Shown here piece after piece: positions 28,717 through 39,395 of a stretch of DNA of 64,000 nucleotides. Below the pieces are notes generated by a model. That model did not search any database and was not told the DNA's origin. It worked only from the letters and a program-made list of their open reading frames with translations. Positions within the stretch are counted from its first letter, which is position 1. The number at the start of each line of letters is the position of its first letter. The stretch comes from Candidatus Helarchaeota archaeon (lineage in GTDB: Archaea; Asgardarchaeota; Lokiarchaeia; Helarchaeales; RDOG01), in NCBI GenBank assembly GCA_019058315.1, contig JAHPZH010000004.1, forward strand, positions 320,001-384,000. The letters run 5' to 3'. The translations under genes were made by a program, and so were the position numbers.

Positions 28717-30261
28717 ATGGTTGAATCATTCCCTTGGTGGACTGAAGAAAATAAAAAACTTGCTAAAGACTTAGAAACATTTGTGCTTAATCATTATGAA
28801 GAAGCTGAACGCCATTATTTTATGAAAAAATTTCCGCACGGCATCCTCAATGAACTCAAAGAATTAGGATATTTTGGAGCCGGAGTCCCAAAAAAGTATG
28901 GTGGAATGGAATTAGGTGCAACTGGAGCTTGTATAGTAGCAGAACAGTTAGGCAGACTTTATTGTGTAGGGCACTGTTTCACTGTTTCAATGTTAGGGGG
29001 TCTCCATCAGCTTATTGAGTTTGGGACTGAAGAACAAAAAGAATATTGGTTGACAAAGATTGCAAAAGGGCAATTAGGTGCTGTTTGTATAACAGAACCT
29101 TTCGCTGGGTCAGATGCAGCTAATGTATATACAAGTGCCGTGAAAGATGGTGATGAATGGGTAATAAATGGTAAAAAGAGATATATTACGAACGCTGGAA
29201 CAGGTCATCGATATTTTATGTATATTAAAACTTCTGATGACCCAAAGGATAGGGCAGCATATAGACATCTCTCCACATTTGTTTTTGAACGAGGAACAAA
29301 AGGATTTTCTCTAGAAAAAATTAATGATTTAATAGGTTTTGATAACGTTCCAAATGGATATTTGAATATGAAAGATGTTCATTTACCTGAGAGTGCAATG
29401 GTCGGAGAACAAGGACAGGGTTGGGAAATAATGATGTCCGGTCTAAACTTTGAACGAATGATTGGCTCTGCTGGAGTAGGTGGTTCACTCCTTGATGCTG
29501 CAAGATTATTGCATTTTCATTCTCAAAGACGTATTCAATTCGGAAAGCCACTTAAATTCATAGAAAATGTCTCTTTTACACTTGCTAGATTAGTTGCTCG
29601 ATTGAAATATGCAAGATTAATGTCTTTTTATACTGCATATCTACTAGATTTAGGTAAACAACCAATTATCGAATCTTCCATCGCAAAATGGTTTAATGTG
29701 GATTGGGCTATGCAATCTGGAATTGAAACTGTGCAAGCGATGGGTGGTGATGCTCTAACAAGATTCTATCCCGTTGAAAGAATGATAAGAGAAGCTAAAA
29801 TTGGACAATTGGTTGCGGGAACTAATGAAGTGATGGCATATCTCGTTTATAGAGTAGCCACATCTATGGCGATGACAAAAGAACTTGAAACTCCTTTTAG
29901 ATTTAAGATGGATGAAGAGGCTGGTTATCCAATTGCAACATTAGATAAAGGTCCATATGTAGAGCAAGAAGCAACATCTGAATTGGTCTTAAAAATCCTT
30001 GCAGAGGATTATAGGGTTAATCCATCTTTATATATGATGATTGATGACATTAAAAAACAATGTAAAGGTAGCAGAAAGAAAATTAGGGAAATTTGCAAAG
30101 AACTGGAAAATAATGGCTTGGTTGTTGCATTTTATGATAGAAAAGGCGAGATTAAAATGGTAAAAGCCAATTATAAAGGTCTTGATAAAGCATATCCGCC
30201 AGAACACTACAGATGGTTTCCTGATTGGTATGATATTGAAAGAGACGCATTTTTTGGCTAA
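28717..30261 (+). CDS. Acyl-CoA dehydrogenase with C-terminal winged-helix-like extension
   Basis: ITEPFAGSDA, INGKKRYITN, RIQFGKPL, AMGGDA...PVERMIRE; extra ~125-aa C-terminal domain. Confidence 0.9.
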   Translation: MVESFPWWTEENKKLAKDLETFVLNHYEEAERHYFMKKFPHGILNELKELGYFGAGVPKKYGGMELGATGACIVAEQLGRLYCVGHCFTVSMLGGLHQLIEFGTEEQKEYWLTKIAKGQLGAVCITEPFAGSDAANVYTSAVKDGDEWVINGKKRYITNAGTGHRYFMYIKTSDDPKDRAAYRHLSTFVFERGTKGFSLEKINDLIGFDNVPNGYLNMKDVHLPESAMVGEQGQGWEIMMSGLNFERMIGSAGVGGSLLDAARLLHFHSQRRIQFGKPLKFIENVSFTLARLVARLKYARLMSFYTAYLLDLGKQPIIESSIAKWFNVDWAMQSGIETVQAMGGDALTRFYPVERMIREAKIGQLVAGTNEVMAYLVYRVATSMAMTKELETPFRFKMDEEAGYPIATLDKGPYVEQEATSELVLKILAEDYRVNPSLYMMIDDIKKQCKGSRKKIREICKELENNGLVVAFYDRKGEIKMVKANYKGLDKAYPPEHYRWFPDWYDIERDAFFG

Positions 30262-30470
30262 ATAAAAAAAAGATAATAACATTATCCTTTCTTTTTTTCC
30301 TATTTTTTCAATAAAAAGTTTTATTTTTTTTTCAAATTCAAATAAAATTCAAAAATATTATAAAATTTAGTAAATCAATTTTCCATAATATAAAATTTTA
30401 TAATTTATCAATTCCTTTTTTAACAAAATAAAATTAAAAATTAAAAATAAATTAATTAAGAGTGAATTAA

Positions 30471-31370
30471 ATGCCAGAACCATCTAACCGTCTAGGAGAT
30501 TTGGATTTATGCTTCATGGTAGACGAAACAGGTAGTATGGGTCCGTATATAAACACAGTAAAACAAAAAATTTTGGAAATTATTCACAATATTCGTTCAA
30601 AGGAGCTTTGTTCTTCTTTAAAAATAGCTTTAGTTGGGTACCGTGACCATCCTCCAGAAGATTCTACTTTTGTAACCAGAGTCTCTCGATTTAATGAGAA
30701 TGCAGAGGAAATAAAAAAAGATGTGCTTAAAATGGCAGCATCAGGTGGAGGTGATGGTCCAGAAGCAGTTACAGATGGACTTTATGATGCTAATCGTTTA
30801 AGTTGGCGAGAGAAAGCAGCAAAAATTATCATTTGGATGGGAGATGCACCCCCGCACGGAGTGGAACCATCAGGAGATAATTTCAAGAAAGGTTGTCCGG
30901 ATGGCAAGGATTGGAAAAAAGAGGCAAATTATTCTTATGACAGGGGCATTTTAATCTATCCTGTTGGATGTTATCCTGAAATTCAAAATTATAAAAAAGC
31001 TATAAAAGTATATAAGAAAATTGCTGAAATAACCAAAGGAAAATTTATTCCCCTTGAGAAAGCCCATCTCCTTGTTACCCTAATTACTGGTGTGGCAGAA
31101 AGTGAGCTTGAAAAATTAAAAATAGAAGGATTAGTCGCTCAGGAAATGCAAGAAGTAATGACCGCAGCCCCTTCAGCTAGTGCTGCAGAAGTAGAGGAAA
31201 TGGTTTATAAAAGACTTAAGAAAAAAGATATTAGCTTGAGATCACTGTCTGCAGCTAAATTAGGAGCAGGTGCCCCAGTCGAAGAAGAAGATCTCAAAGT
31301 CGAAAACCGCAAACTTGAAAAAGATGATGTTAAAGAAGCAATTAGACAAGCTAAATTAAAAAAATTATAG
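30471..31370 (+). CDS. von Willebrand factor A domain protein
   Basis: DLCFMVDETGSM (MIDAS), YRDH, GGGDGPEAV, GDAPPHG. Confidence 0.9.
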   Translation: MPEPSNRLGDLDLCFMVDETGSMGPYINTVKQKILEIIHNIRSKELCSSLKIALVGYRDHPPEDSTFVTRVSRFNENAEEIKKDVLKMAASGGGDGPEAVTDGLYDANRLSWREKAAKIIIWMGDAPPHGVEPSGDNFKKGCPDGKDWKKEANYSYDRGILIYPVGCYPEIQNYKKAIKVYKKIAEITKGKFIPLEKAHLLVTLITGVAESELEKLKIEGLVAQEMQEVMTAAPSASAAEVEEMVYKRLKKKDISLRSLSAAKLGAGAPVEEEDLKVENRKLEKDDVKEAIRQAKLKKL

Positions 31371-31504
31371 AATAATTTATATTCTCTTAACCCCCTCTCA
31401 TTTTTTTAAAATTATTTTTACAAAAGGAAAAAATAGTATAATAAAATAGTTTAATAATATTAATCATTATAAATTTGCAAATCGAAGGAGCGTGCAATTA
31501 AAAA

Positions 31505-32980
31505 ATGGAAGGTGAAGCTAAAAATTTATATAAACAAGCAAAAGAAGACATGGATGAAAGAGATTATGATAAAGCAATTGATCGTTTAAATAGAGCTTTA
31601 GAGATTTTTAGAGATTTAGGAAGACAAAAAGATGTCACTAAATGTGCAAAAGAATTAGAAAAAGCATATGAAAAACAAGCAGATGCCATTAATAAAATTG
31701 CCGATGAATTATTTAAACAGCAAAAATATGAAGAAGCTATTACCTATTACCGACAATCTGTTGAACTTATCAAAGAAACTAGTAAAAAGAAAGATCAAAG
31801 CAAATATGATAAAGAACTTCGAAAATCTTATGAAAAATTTGCCCAAGAAATAAATAAACAGGCTGATCAATTAAGGAAAGAAAAAAATTATGATGAAGCA
31901 ATTGAGCTATATCATAAAAGTATCGATTTAATGAAAAAATCTTATAACTCGGATAAAGTAAACGATTTTATGAAAGAATTAGGAAAATTGGCTGGAGAAT
32001 ATGCAAATGATCTTAATAAACAGGCTGATAGAGAATTTAAACAAAAAAATTATAAAAAATCCCTTGAAATATATGAAAAATCAGTCGAAGTTGCCGATAA
32101 ATCAAATAACGCAAAATTAATTAAAGATATGACTAAAGATTTACACAAAAATTACGAAACACTAGCCGATAATCTCGAAGAATCTGCTGAAAACTTGATT
32201 GATGAAGGTCAGTTAGATGATGCTATTGATAAACTCAGTAATGCCTTGCGCTTTATAGAAAAGACTCAAGATGATAAAAAAGTGGAAAAAATAAGGAAGA
32301 AAATTTCAAAAGTCTATGAAGATAATGCAGAAAAAATAAATAAAGCTGGAGACGAAGCATTTAAGCGAAAAGACTATGAAAAGGCAATAGATATCTATCA
32401 TAGCAGTTTAGAAATGGCTAAGGAATCGCAAAATCAAAAAATGATTGAAAATTACTCAAAGGAATTAAATAAATCATTTGAAAAACATGCAGAAGAAGTG
32501 AATAAGCAAGGGGATGAAGCGTTTGAGGCGAAAGAATATGAAAAAGCTGAAATGATTTATATCAAATCTCTTAGCCTAGCTACAGAAAGTGCAAAAGACT
32601 CTTTGATAAATAAATACTCCAAAGAATTGAGAAAAACGCAGGAAACATGGGCTAAAAATATTAAAGAAGCAGCTAAACAAGCTTTGGAAGATCGCCAATA
32701 TGAAATTGCAATCAAAAATTTTGAAGAATCTCTTGAGATTATCAAAAGAACAGAGGATGATGATGAAATTAAAGAATACTTAGAGGATCTTCAAGAGGCC
32801 TATGAAGATTGGGCTGACAAATTGAATAAACGAGGAGATAATGCATATGATGCAAAAAATTATGAGCAAGCTGTTGAATTATACACTAAAGCCTTTGACT
32901 TAATTGAAAAAACAGAAGATGAAGGCAAAATCAAAAAATATCGAAAAGATAGAGATAAAGCTATGAAAAAAATGACCTAA
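31505..32980 (+). CDS. All-helical protein of ~9 tandem 54-aa TPR/MIT-like repeats
   Basis: Unit LxKxYExxAxxINKxADxxFxxKxYxxAIxxYxxSLxxxxxT repeats every 54 aa. Confidence 0.85.
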   Translation: MEGEAKNLYKQAKEDMDERDYDKAIDRLNRALEIFRDLGRQKDVTKCAKELEKAYEKQADAINKIADELFKQQKYEEAITYYRQSVELIKETSKKKDQSKYDKELRKSYEKFAQEINKQADQLRKEKNYDEAIELYHKSIDLMKKSYNSDKVNDFMKELGKLAGEYANDLNKQADREFKQKNYKKSLEIYEKSVEVADKSNNAKLIKDMTKDLHKNYETLADNLEESAENLIDEGQLDDAIDKLSNALRFIEKTQDDKKVEKIRKKISKVYEDNAEKINKAGDEAFKRKDYEKAIDIYHSSLEMAKESQNQKMIENYSKELNKSFEKHAEEVNKQGDEAFEAKEYEKAEMIYIKSLSLATESAKDSLINKYSKELRKTQETWAKNIKEAAKQALEDRQYEIAIKNFEESLEIIKRTEDDDEIKEYLEDLQEAYEDWADKLNKRGDNAYDAKNYEQAVELYTKAFDLIEKTEDEGKIKKYRKDRDKAMKKMT

Positions 32981-33099
32981 AAACTCTTTTAATTTTCTTT
33001 CATTTTGTTCATTCAATAATCTTATTAGAATAATTCTACCTTTTTTTACGTCAAAGAATGGACTGATTAACAAATAAAAAAAATGAATAATAGAATTGG

Positions 33100-33894
33100 C
33101 TATTCAGTCCAACCAATTCTTCTTTTAAACCACTCTGGCATTGAGAAGCAAACCCAGATAATATACGCCGAAAGGACGAAAAATATACGAAACGGGATAG
33201 CTAATGCTCCTAGAAAAGGAGCCACTTCAGCGATATAACCAATAGCGAAAAATAAGAGACTTATTCCCATCCAACGGGATCGACGTGAATTTGGTGGGTT
33301 TTCTTCTTTCGTTTTAGAAGAGAAATAAAAGAATATTACTGGACCTATTAAACTAATTGGCGTAAGAGTACAATAAACGATTATATCCGTGGTAGGTTGA
33401 TAAACAAGCTCATAATTGACGACATCAGCATAAGGATAACCAAGAATTATTGAATACACCAAAACTCCAACGTAAATTGCTGTTATAATAGAAACAAACA
33501 CTGTAAGTATAGCTACTTTATCTGGATAAGTTGTATGAAAAGAAAAAATATCAAAGCATACTATGGCAGCACCACTAAAAATTAGTGCAATAATAGCTGT
33601 TATATCCCCAAGAGCACGATTTCCTAAGGTTGAATAACTGACTTTCTCTATAATAAGAGATATAACTGCTATTAATAGAAATATAAATGCCAATGCCCAA
33701 TATAGAGTTGCAACCATTCTTGTCTTCTTATAATTTACACTTAATTGATAAGCTAAAATGGTAACAAGAATTATAGCAATTAATATAAGTCCAAGACCAA
33801 ATAGTTCCAAAGGATTCTTAAGAACTGAATAACCTGCAAGACGATTTCCTAAAAATTCAAAATCATATAATGAAATCATTTTAGTCCCACACAC
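33100..33894 (-). CDS. Stand-alone 7-TM receptor-like protein 5 (divergent paralogue)
   Basis: Ends WVCFSMPEWFKRRIGWTE; 7 TM; probable start MISLY at 33879. Confidence 0.85.
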   Translation of the reverse strand: MCGTKMISLYDFEFLGNRLAGYSVLKNPLELFGLGLILIAIILVTILAYQLSVNYKKTRMVATLYWALAFIFLLIAVISLIIEKVSYSTLGNRALGDITAIIALIFSGAAIVCFDIFSFHTTYPDKVAILTVFVSIITAIYVGVLVYSIILGYPYADVVNYELVYQPTTDIIVYCTLTPISLIGPVIFFYFSSKTKEENPPNSRRSRWMGISLLFFAIGYIAEVAPFLGALAIPFRIFFVLSAYIIWVCFSMPEWFKRRIGWTE

Positions 33895-34092
33895 AAAAAA
33901 ATCTTAAAAAAAAAACATATCAAATAATGTTTTTAATATATCAATTTATGATATTTTAGGTAATTAAGAATTTTTATTTACATGTTAATTCATAATATAA
34001 AATCAGAAATTTTGATTTTTATCAGAATAGGGAAAGAATATTATAAGGAATAATAAATAAATTTATTAGATAATTATGCTTGGAATATTAAA

Positions 34093-35562
34093 ATGAGTTC
34101 TGCAATGTATGATATTGTAAAAAATATTTCAGGAAAAATGGGTCAACTTGTTGGAGTTAAGGTATATGTAGCTGTAACTGGTAAGGATGGAAATTTTATT
34201 TATTCTGATGATGTATTTGATGATTATAAAGATTTTATAAAGAGATTCGTAGAAACCAATTTTAATTACCTTCATCAAGGAGAACATTCTATTCCTTTAA
34301 GCTCAGAAAACATAATTTTCTTTAAAACCACAGAAAATACTATGACGATATTATATAATCCAAAAGGTAAAATTGGCCAATTATTAGCTTTTAAAAGTTT
34401 GATGCGGAATTATTCAGAGCCAATTGAGAATTGCTTGGCAACAGCAGAAAGCGGGGCAATTGAGATAATCGAGGAAACCGCAGCTTCCAAACTTGCGGCC
34501 CAGAAAATGGAAGAGTTAGGCATCGTATCCCGAAAGGAAGAATATTATCACAAAATTAAGCCAATTCTACGCAGATCTCTTAAGAAAAAAGATAAATTTA
34601 ACCTTATTGAAAGTACAATTCTTAATAAATGTGATGGAAATACCACCTTATTTAATATAATACGAGCTGTAGATGTAAGTGGTTTCCAAGTTATAGATAC
34701 CTTATATAAGTTTTTTGAAAAGAAGCTCATTGAGTTTGAAGATTACGAACTTTTTAATATTTCTTGTCCAGAGTGTAAGAATTCGGTAAAATATTTCATT
34801 CCCAAATTTATGTTAGAAAAAAGTGAGAAAGGTATAAGAGTTCAACTTTTTCCTGAGGGCTGTGATCATACTTTTATAGTATTCATTGATAAAAAATTGA
34901 AAATTAAGACCAAATCTGTTGAAAGATTACTAGAATTCAAAGATATATTAGATCTTAGAGAACTTTCAATAGGAAATTTAATTTCTTTTTTTGGACAAGA
35001 TGTATTTTTCAACATTTTCCACGCAATATTCTTCCGATTTTATACAGTCTTCATTGGAAAAGAGGATATAGTTAATATAATGACAGAATTTTTGAGGAAG
35101 ATCTTCACACAACTAGAATATGGACGTCATATATTCGCTATTGATCAAGAAGAATTTGAAAAAAATACCAAAAAATATAATGATTTTCTAATCATAGATT
35201 TCTATTCTAATTCAGTCATTGACCCCTATGATGAAGAAGAAGAAATATTTGACTTTGAATTTAAGTTATTTAAAAAAGTAATACAAAATCCTGATCAAAA
35301 CGTTCAAATTTTAAATACCTATTCCGAATTTGAACGCTTAATACTACTCACCGATACAATATTAAAAGAACTCGAACCTATAAAACAAATTTCAGAAGAC
35401 GACCTTATGAAAGAATTAGACGAAAAATACCAGATGAAAATAAAGCGATATGAAATACCGATTATTAAAAAATTATCCGAAATCTACTATGGTACAGATA
35501 TCTCAAAGAAAGTTACACGTACTGTTGTTGGACAAATGAGCAGTTGGTTTGAAAAGATCTAG
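34093..35562 (+). CDS. Multidomain hypothetical protein (N-terminal roadblock/longin-like?, wHTH, Zn-ribbon, C-terminal alpha/beta domain)
   Basis: CPEC...GCDHTFIVFID Zn-binding motif; other domain calls tentative. Confidence 0.6.
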   Translation: MSSAMYDIVKNISGKMGQLVGVKVYVAVTGKDGNFIYSDDVFDDYKDFIKRFVETNFNYLHQGEHSIPLSSENIIFFKTTENTMTILYNPKGKIGQLLAFKSLMRNYSEPIENCLATAESGAIEIIEETAASKLAAQKMEELGIVSRKEEYYHKIKPILRRSLKKKDKFNLIESTILNKCDGNTTLFNIIRAVDVSGFQVIDTLYKFFEKKLIEFEDYELFNISCPECKNSVKYFIPKFMLEKSEKGIRVQLFPEGCDHTFIVFIDKKLKIKTKSVERLLEFKDILDLRELSIGNLISFFGQDVFFNIFHAIFFRFYTVFIGKEDIVNIMTEFLRKIFTQLEYGRHIFAIDQEEFEKNTKKYNDFLIIDFYSNSVIDPYDEEEEIFDFEFKLFKKVIQNPDQNVQILNTYSEFERLILLTDTILKELEPIKQISEDDLMKELDEKYQMKIKRYEIPIIKKLSEIYYGTDISKKVTRTVVGQMSSWFEKI

Positions 35563-35705
35563 TTTTTCTATTTTTGACTTAATTTTAGAATATTTCAATA
35601 TAATTTGTCCTTATTTCAATTCAGAAAATATATTATTAAGCTTATTAAATTAATAAACTTTTTATGAGATTGTGAGTTCAATATTAATAAAGGACAGTTT
35701 AAATA

Positions 35706-36668
35706 ATGTTAGAGTCTAAAATTAAATTAAAGGGTAAAAGTAAAGTTGAACTAATAATGAATAGGATAACTGTTGAGCAGATAAAGAAGGGCCATGAAGT
35801 AAATTCATTCAAATTACAAATAAGAAGAAAAACAAAACAATTTTTTCCATCAGGTGCAAAATCCATTGATTATGATCTAGGAGACGCTACAGGAGTTTTG
35901 AAAGGAAGAAAATTTTATGATGACAACGATGATATTAAAAGTTTTTATGATGACATAAAAATTGGAGATATATGCGAAATAACTGGTTCTTATTCCCTTA
36001 AATTCAAATCAATCACTATTGATACACTTAAAAAAACTCAAGATATCGATTTAGAAGAATTTGTTAAAATCCCAAAAATCGATGAAAAGCAATTAATGAA
36101 TGAAATAACGTCAGTAATTGAAGGATTAAAAAACATCCATTTAAAAAATTTATGTAAACTGGTTTTTCAAGATGAAGAACTTATAAAAAAATATAAAAAT
36201 ATTCCTTCTGCAACAAAGTATCATCACTCATATCCAAAAGGGAATCTTGAACATATTGTTGGTGTTCTTAGAATTTGTAAGACATTATTGAACTTATATA
36301 AGCCCTATCAAAATTCGAATATTAATAAGGATCTTCTTTTAACAGGTGTTATTTTCCACGATATTGGGAAAGCTTTTACTTATACATTACATAATAGAAT
36401 CGCAACTGTTACAGAGATGGGTGCTAAAATTGATCATATTGTCCTAGGTAATAATTATATCTTAAAAATGATTGAAAATTTTGAAGATTTTCCTGAGAAA
36501 TTGAAAATCGATCTTACGCATTTACTTTTAAGCCATCATGGTAGAAAAGAATGGGGATCTCCAGTAACTCCTAAAACACCAGAGGCTGAAATCCTCCATC
36601 TAGCTGATTTATTGGATTCGAGATTTAAAAAAGCATTAGAGGGAAAATTTGTAATAGATTCCCTCTAA
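35706..36668 (+). CDS. OB-fold + HD domain 3'-5' exoribonuclease YhaM-like
   Basis: PSATKYHHSY.GNLEH, FHDIGK, LSHHG..EWGSP..PKTPEAEILHLADLLDS. Confidence 0.88.
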   Translation: MLESKIKLKGKSKVELIMNRITVEQIKKGHEVNSFKLQIRRKTKQFFPSGAKSIDYDLGDATGVLKGRKFYDDNDDIKSFYDDIKIGDICEITGSYSLKFKSITIDTLKKTQDIDLEEFVKIPKIDEKQLMNEITSVIEGLKNIHLKNLCKLVFQDEELIKKYKNIPSATKYHHSYPKGNLEHIVGVLRICKTLLNLYKPYQNSNINKDLLLTGVIFHDIGKAFTYTLHNRIATVTEMGAKIDHIVLGNNYILKMIENFEDFPEKLKIDLTHLLLSHHGRKEWGSPVTPKTPEAEILHLADLLDSRFKKALEGKFVIDSL

Positions 36669-36734
36669 AATCCCTAATAAATTCCCCTTTTTTTAAATAG
36701 AAATGAATAAAAATAATGTTGAACTCTTGTAGAT

Positions 36735-38186
36735 TTATTTTTTAGATTTTCTCTTTGATTTCTTTTTAGTTTTCTTTTTAGATTTTACCTTAGATTTCTT
36801 AGTTTTTCCTTCAGGTTTTTTCTTAGCTGCAGATTTAGGTTCTTCCTTTACTTCTGGTTTCTTAATTTTATCAATATATTTTACAACTTGTGGTAAGATC
36901 TTTAAACGTGAATAGAAATAATCGTTGACTAATTTTACTACTTGTAACCTAGATTCATCAATTAGTCTATCCCATTCTTCGTCAGTAATTTTAGTAAAAC
37001 CAATGATATCATCTCTAAGACGGAATAAAGCTTCTACAATCTCAGTCTCTTCAGGTCCTTCACAAATTCTAACAATATCAATAATCAATTTTTTTGCTTG
37101 TTCTGCAAGTGTTCTTTTATCAATCCCAGCAGCATGTTTTTTTCCTGCATCAAGTGTTTCAATTAAAGACCAAACTTGATATAAACATGCAGCAGGTTCA
37201 TCGAATAATTCGCGTATAAACATAGCTTCTTTATGTTGACCCGTTAATCGAAATATATTATATAATCTCTTAGCAACCTTTCCGTAATTTTCATGGCCTA
37301 TTTCGGTATATTTAACTACTTGTCCTTCTAACGCTGTTACATAACTATCGAGTTTATCTGGGGTTAAATTTTCCTTTAATTTTGTAAAGAGTGGTATACT
37401 TCCAGCTTCTATATAAACTTCCTGAAAATAAGGATCTAATTGACCGTCTAATGGAATAATATTGCCGTCCGGTCCTTCCCAAGTAACATCTAACATGTTT
37501 GAGACACAAACAGTTCTACCAAGATCTTTTTCAAAAATAATCCAATCAAGTTTGCACCAACCTGGGTCTTTTTCGCCATATTCCCAGTCAATTCTTACAG
37601 GATTTCCCTTTTCATCTTCAACGTCCATATATCCTTGCCTAATTTCATTAGCATCCCAAGAAACTGGTGATTCAGCTTTTATTAATTTACCACCTTTTAC
37701 ATAATTTTCCTTAAATGTACCCCATTTTATTTCGATTAATTGGTAACTTGTAGAACAAAATGTTTCAAGACCTTTTTTTCTCATTACTTCACCAATAATT
37801 TTACAAGCTTCTTCTTTAGTAGGTGCTATTATGTTAACTCTTTCAAAATAGTCTAGATCACCAGGATATCTTTGAACTTTACCTTGTGCTGCTGATCCAG
37901 ATAAAGATAAGGCTGTTTCGACCACCCCTTTAGTATCTGGTAGTCCGACGATATCTGCTATTTTTTTAATTCTATCTAAACCTTCAGCATCAAAATCAAG
38001 AAGAGATACTTTATGTCCATATACTCCTTTTTCTTCATCAATAGAAAGATCATCTACACAAATTTCTGAAGATGACATATCAGCAAGCCACTTTATCGCT
38101 TTCTCTTCGTCAATATCAACACCTAATCTTCGTCCAGCTTTGATTATTTGCTGAATTTCATCTTTATCCTTTTTTGCTTTTGGCAT
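36735..38186 (-). CDS. Putative Pol-beta-superfamily nucleotidyltransferase with Lys-rich tail
   Basis: LSGSAAQGKVQRYPGDLDYF (GS...DxD); helical C-terminal domain. Confidence 0.55.
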   Translation of the reverse strand: MPKAKKDKDEIQQIIKAGRRLGVDIDEEKAIKWLADMSSSEICVDDLSIDEEKGVYGHKVSLLDFDAEGLDRIKKIADIVGLPDTKGVVETALSLSGSAAQGKVQRYPGDLDYFERVNIIAPTKEEACKIIGEVMRKKGLETFCSTSYQLIEIKWGTFKENYVKGGKLIKAESPVSWDANEIRQGYMDVEDEKGNPVRIDWEYGEKDPGWCKLDWIIFEKDLGRTVCVSNMLDVTWEGPDGNIIPLDGQLDPYFQEVYIEAGSIPLFTKLKENLTPDKLDSYVTALEGQVVKYTEIGHENYGKVAKRLYNIFRLTGQHKEAMFIRELFDEPAACLYQVWSLIETLDAGKKHAAGIDKRTLAEQAKKLIIDIVRICEGPEETEIVEALFRLRDDIIGFTKITDEEWDRLIDESRLQVVKLVNDYFYSRLKILPQVVKYIDKIKKPEVKEEPKSAAKKKPEGKTKKSKVKSKKKTKKKSKRKSKK

Positions 38187-38230
38187 ATTTAATCGCCTTG
38201 AGATTTTCTTAATTTATTTTATATAAATTT

Positions 38231-39289
38231 TTAATGAAATCCAATCTTTATTAAATATTCTTTAAATATTTTTGCCAGTTCTTCAGGTCTTTGACTTATA
38301 ATATTACCATACATAAGTCTTGGGATGAACCACATGTCATTAATATAAACTTTATTTATGTTTGGGCGACGAATGATTGAAAAATTTAACCAATAATCAT
38401 CCAATTCTTCACCTAAAGGTCCCGAATAAAATACAAAATTAAAACTTGATTGTTTTTGTCTTTTATAAAACTTTAAAATTATTGCAATAAATCTTGCAAA
38501 ATTTTTTAAATCATTTTCTGATAATTCCAAAAAATTTGATTTGTTAATAATCCCCTGAATATTAAAATTTCCTATTGGAGCAAAAGGAATTAACCAATGT
38601 ATTCCCTCTGTTTCTGATATATATCTTTCTGAGCTTATTTTCTCTGTTTTGATAAGTTCTGACCAAAAATTAACTTTATTCTCTTCATAATATCTCTTAC
38701 TATTATCTAATAATAATTTTGAATAACAAAAAGGATATTCACCTGCTGTAATCTGGAGATGGGGATGAACAAGACTAGATCCAGAAGGAAATAAATAATT
38801 AGCACCCAGTACGGCATATTTTACTTTATCAATTTCATAAATCCTCTTTAAATAAATTAATGCTGCTTTAAGGGCATCAAAGAGTAACTCAGAGCTATAG
38901 TTTTCTAATGATAAAAAATGTGAGCGTGATAGGATTACAACGGCTGAATGTTCTAAATAAGGAAATAAATTAGGAATGATTACAGCTTCTCCAACTTTTA
39001 ATCTACCATCCGGAAAAATATCTGCAGTAAATTTTGGAGTAGCCGAATCTATCTTTTCTGGACAAAAAAAACAATTCTTTTTTGTTTTTGCACAAATATC
39101 ATCAAGTAGTTCATTATCTAATTTTTTATGAACTCTACTTATTTTCTTTTTCTGACTGCTAGGACATAAACTCAAGTGACCTAAAAGTGGATCAATTCTA
39201 TATTCGACCTCTTGTTCATCCAGTTCGAAATTGATTAACGGAGAATGTAATTTTGCGACTTTTATTTTCTTCTCAAAATGAATTGGCAT
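38231..39289 (-). CDS. galT: Galactose-1-phosphate uridylyltransferase (HIT family)
   Basis: EYRIDPL, CFFCP, PNLFPY, GSSLVHPHLQ. Confidence 0.85.
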   Translation of the reverse strand: MPIHFEKKIKVAKLHSPLINFELDEQEVEYRIDPLLGHLSLCPSSQKKKISRVHKKLDNELLDDICAKTKKNCFFCPEKIDSATPKFTADIFPDGRLKVGEAVIIPNLFPYLEHSAVVILSRSHFLSLENYSSELLFDALKAALIYLKRIYEIDKVKYAVLGANYLFPSGSSLVHPHLQITAGEYPFCYSKLLLDNSKRYYEENKVNFWSELIKTEKISSERYISETEGIHWLIPFAPIGNFNIQGIINKSNFLELSENDLKNFARFIAIILKFYKRQKQSSFNFVFYSGPLGEELDDYWLNFSIIRRPNINKVYINDMWFIPRLMYGNIISQRPEELAKIFKEYLIKIGFH

Positions 39290-39395
39290 AATAAATGAAA
39301 ATAAATTTTGAATTTAATAATATATTTTTGCAAAAAGATAAATGCGAAAAAATTTATGTGATCTTACAATAAGTCTTTAATTAAGGAGATTAAAG

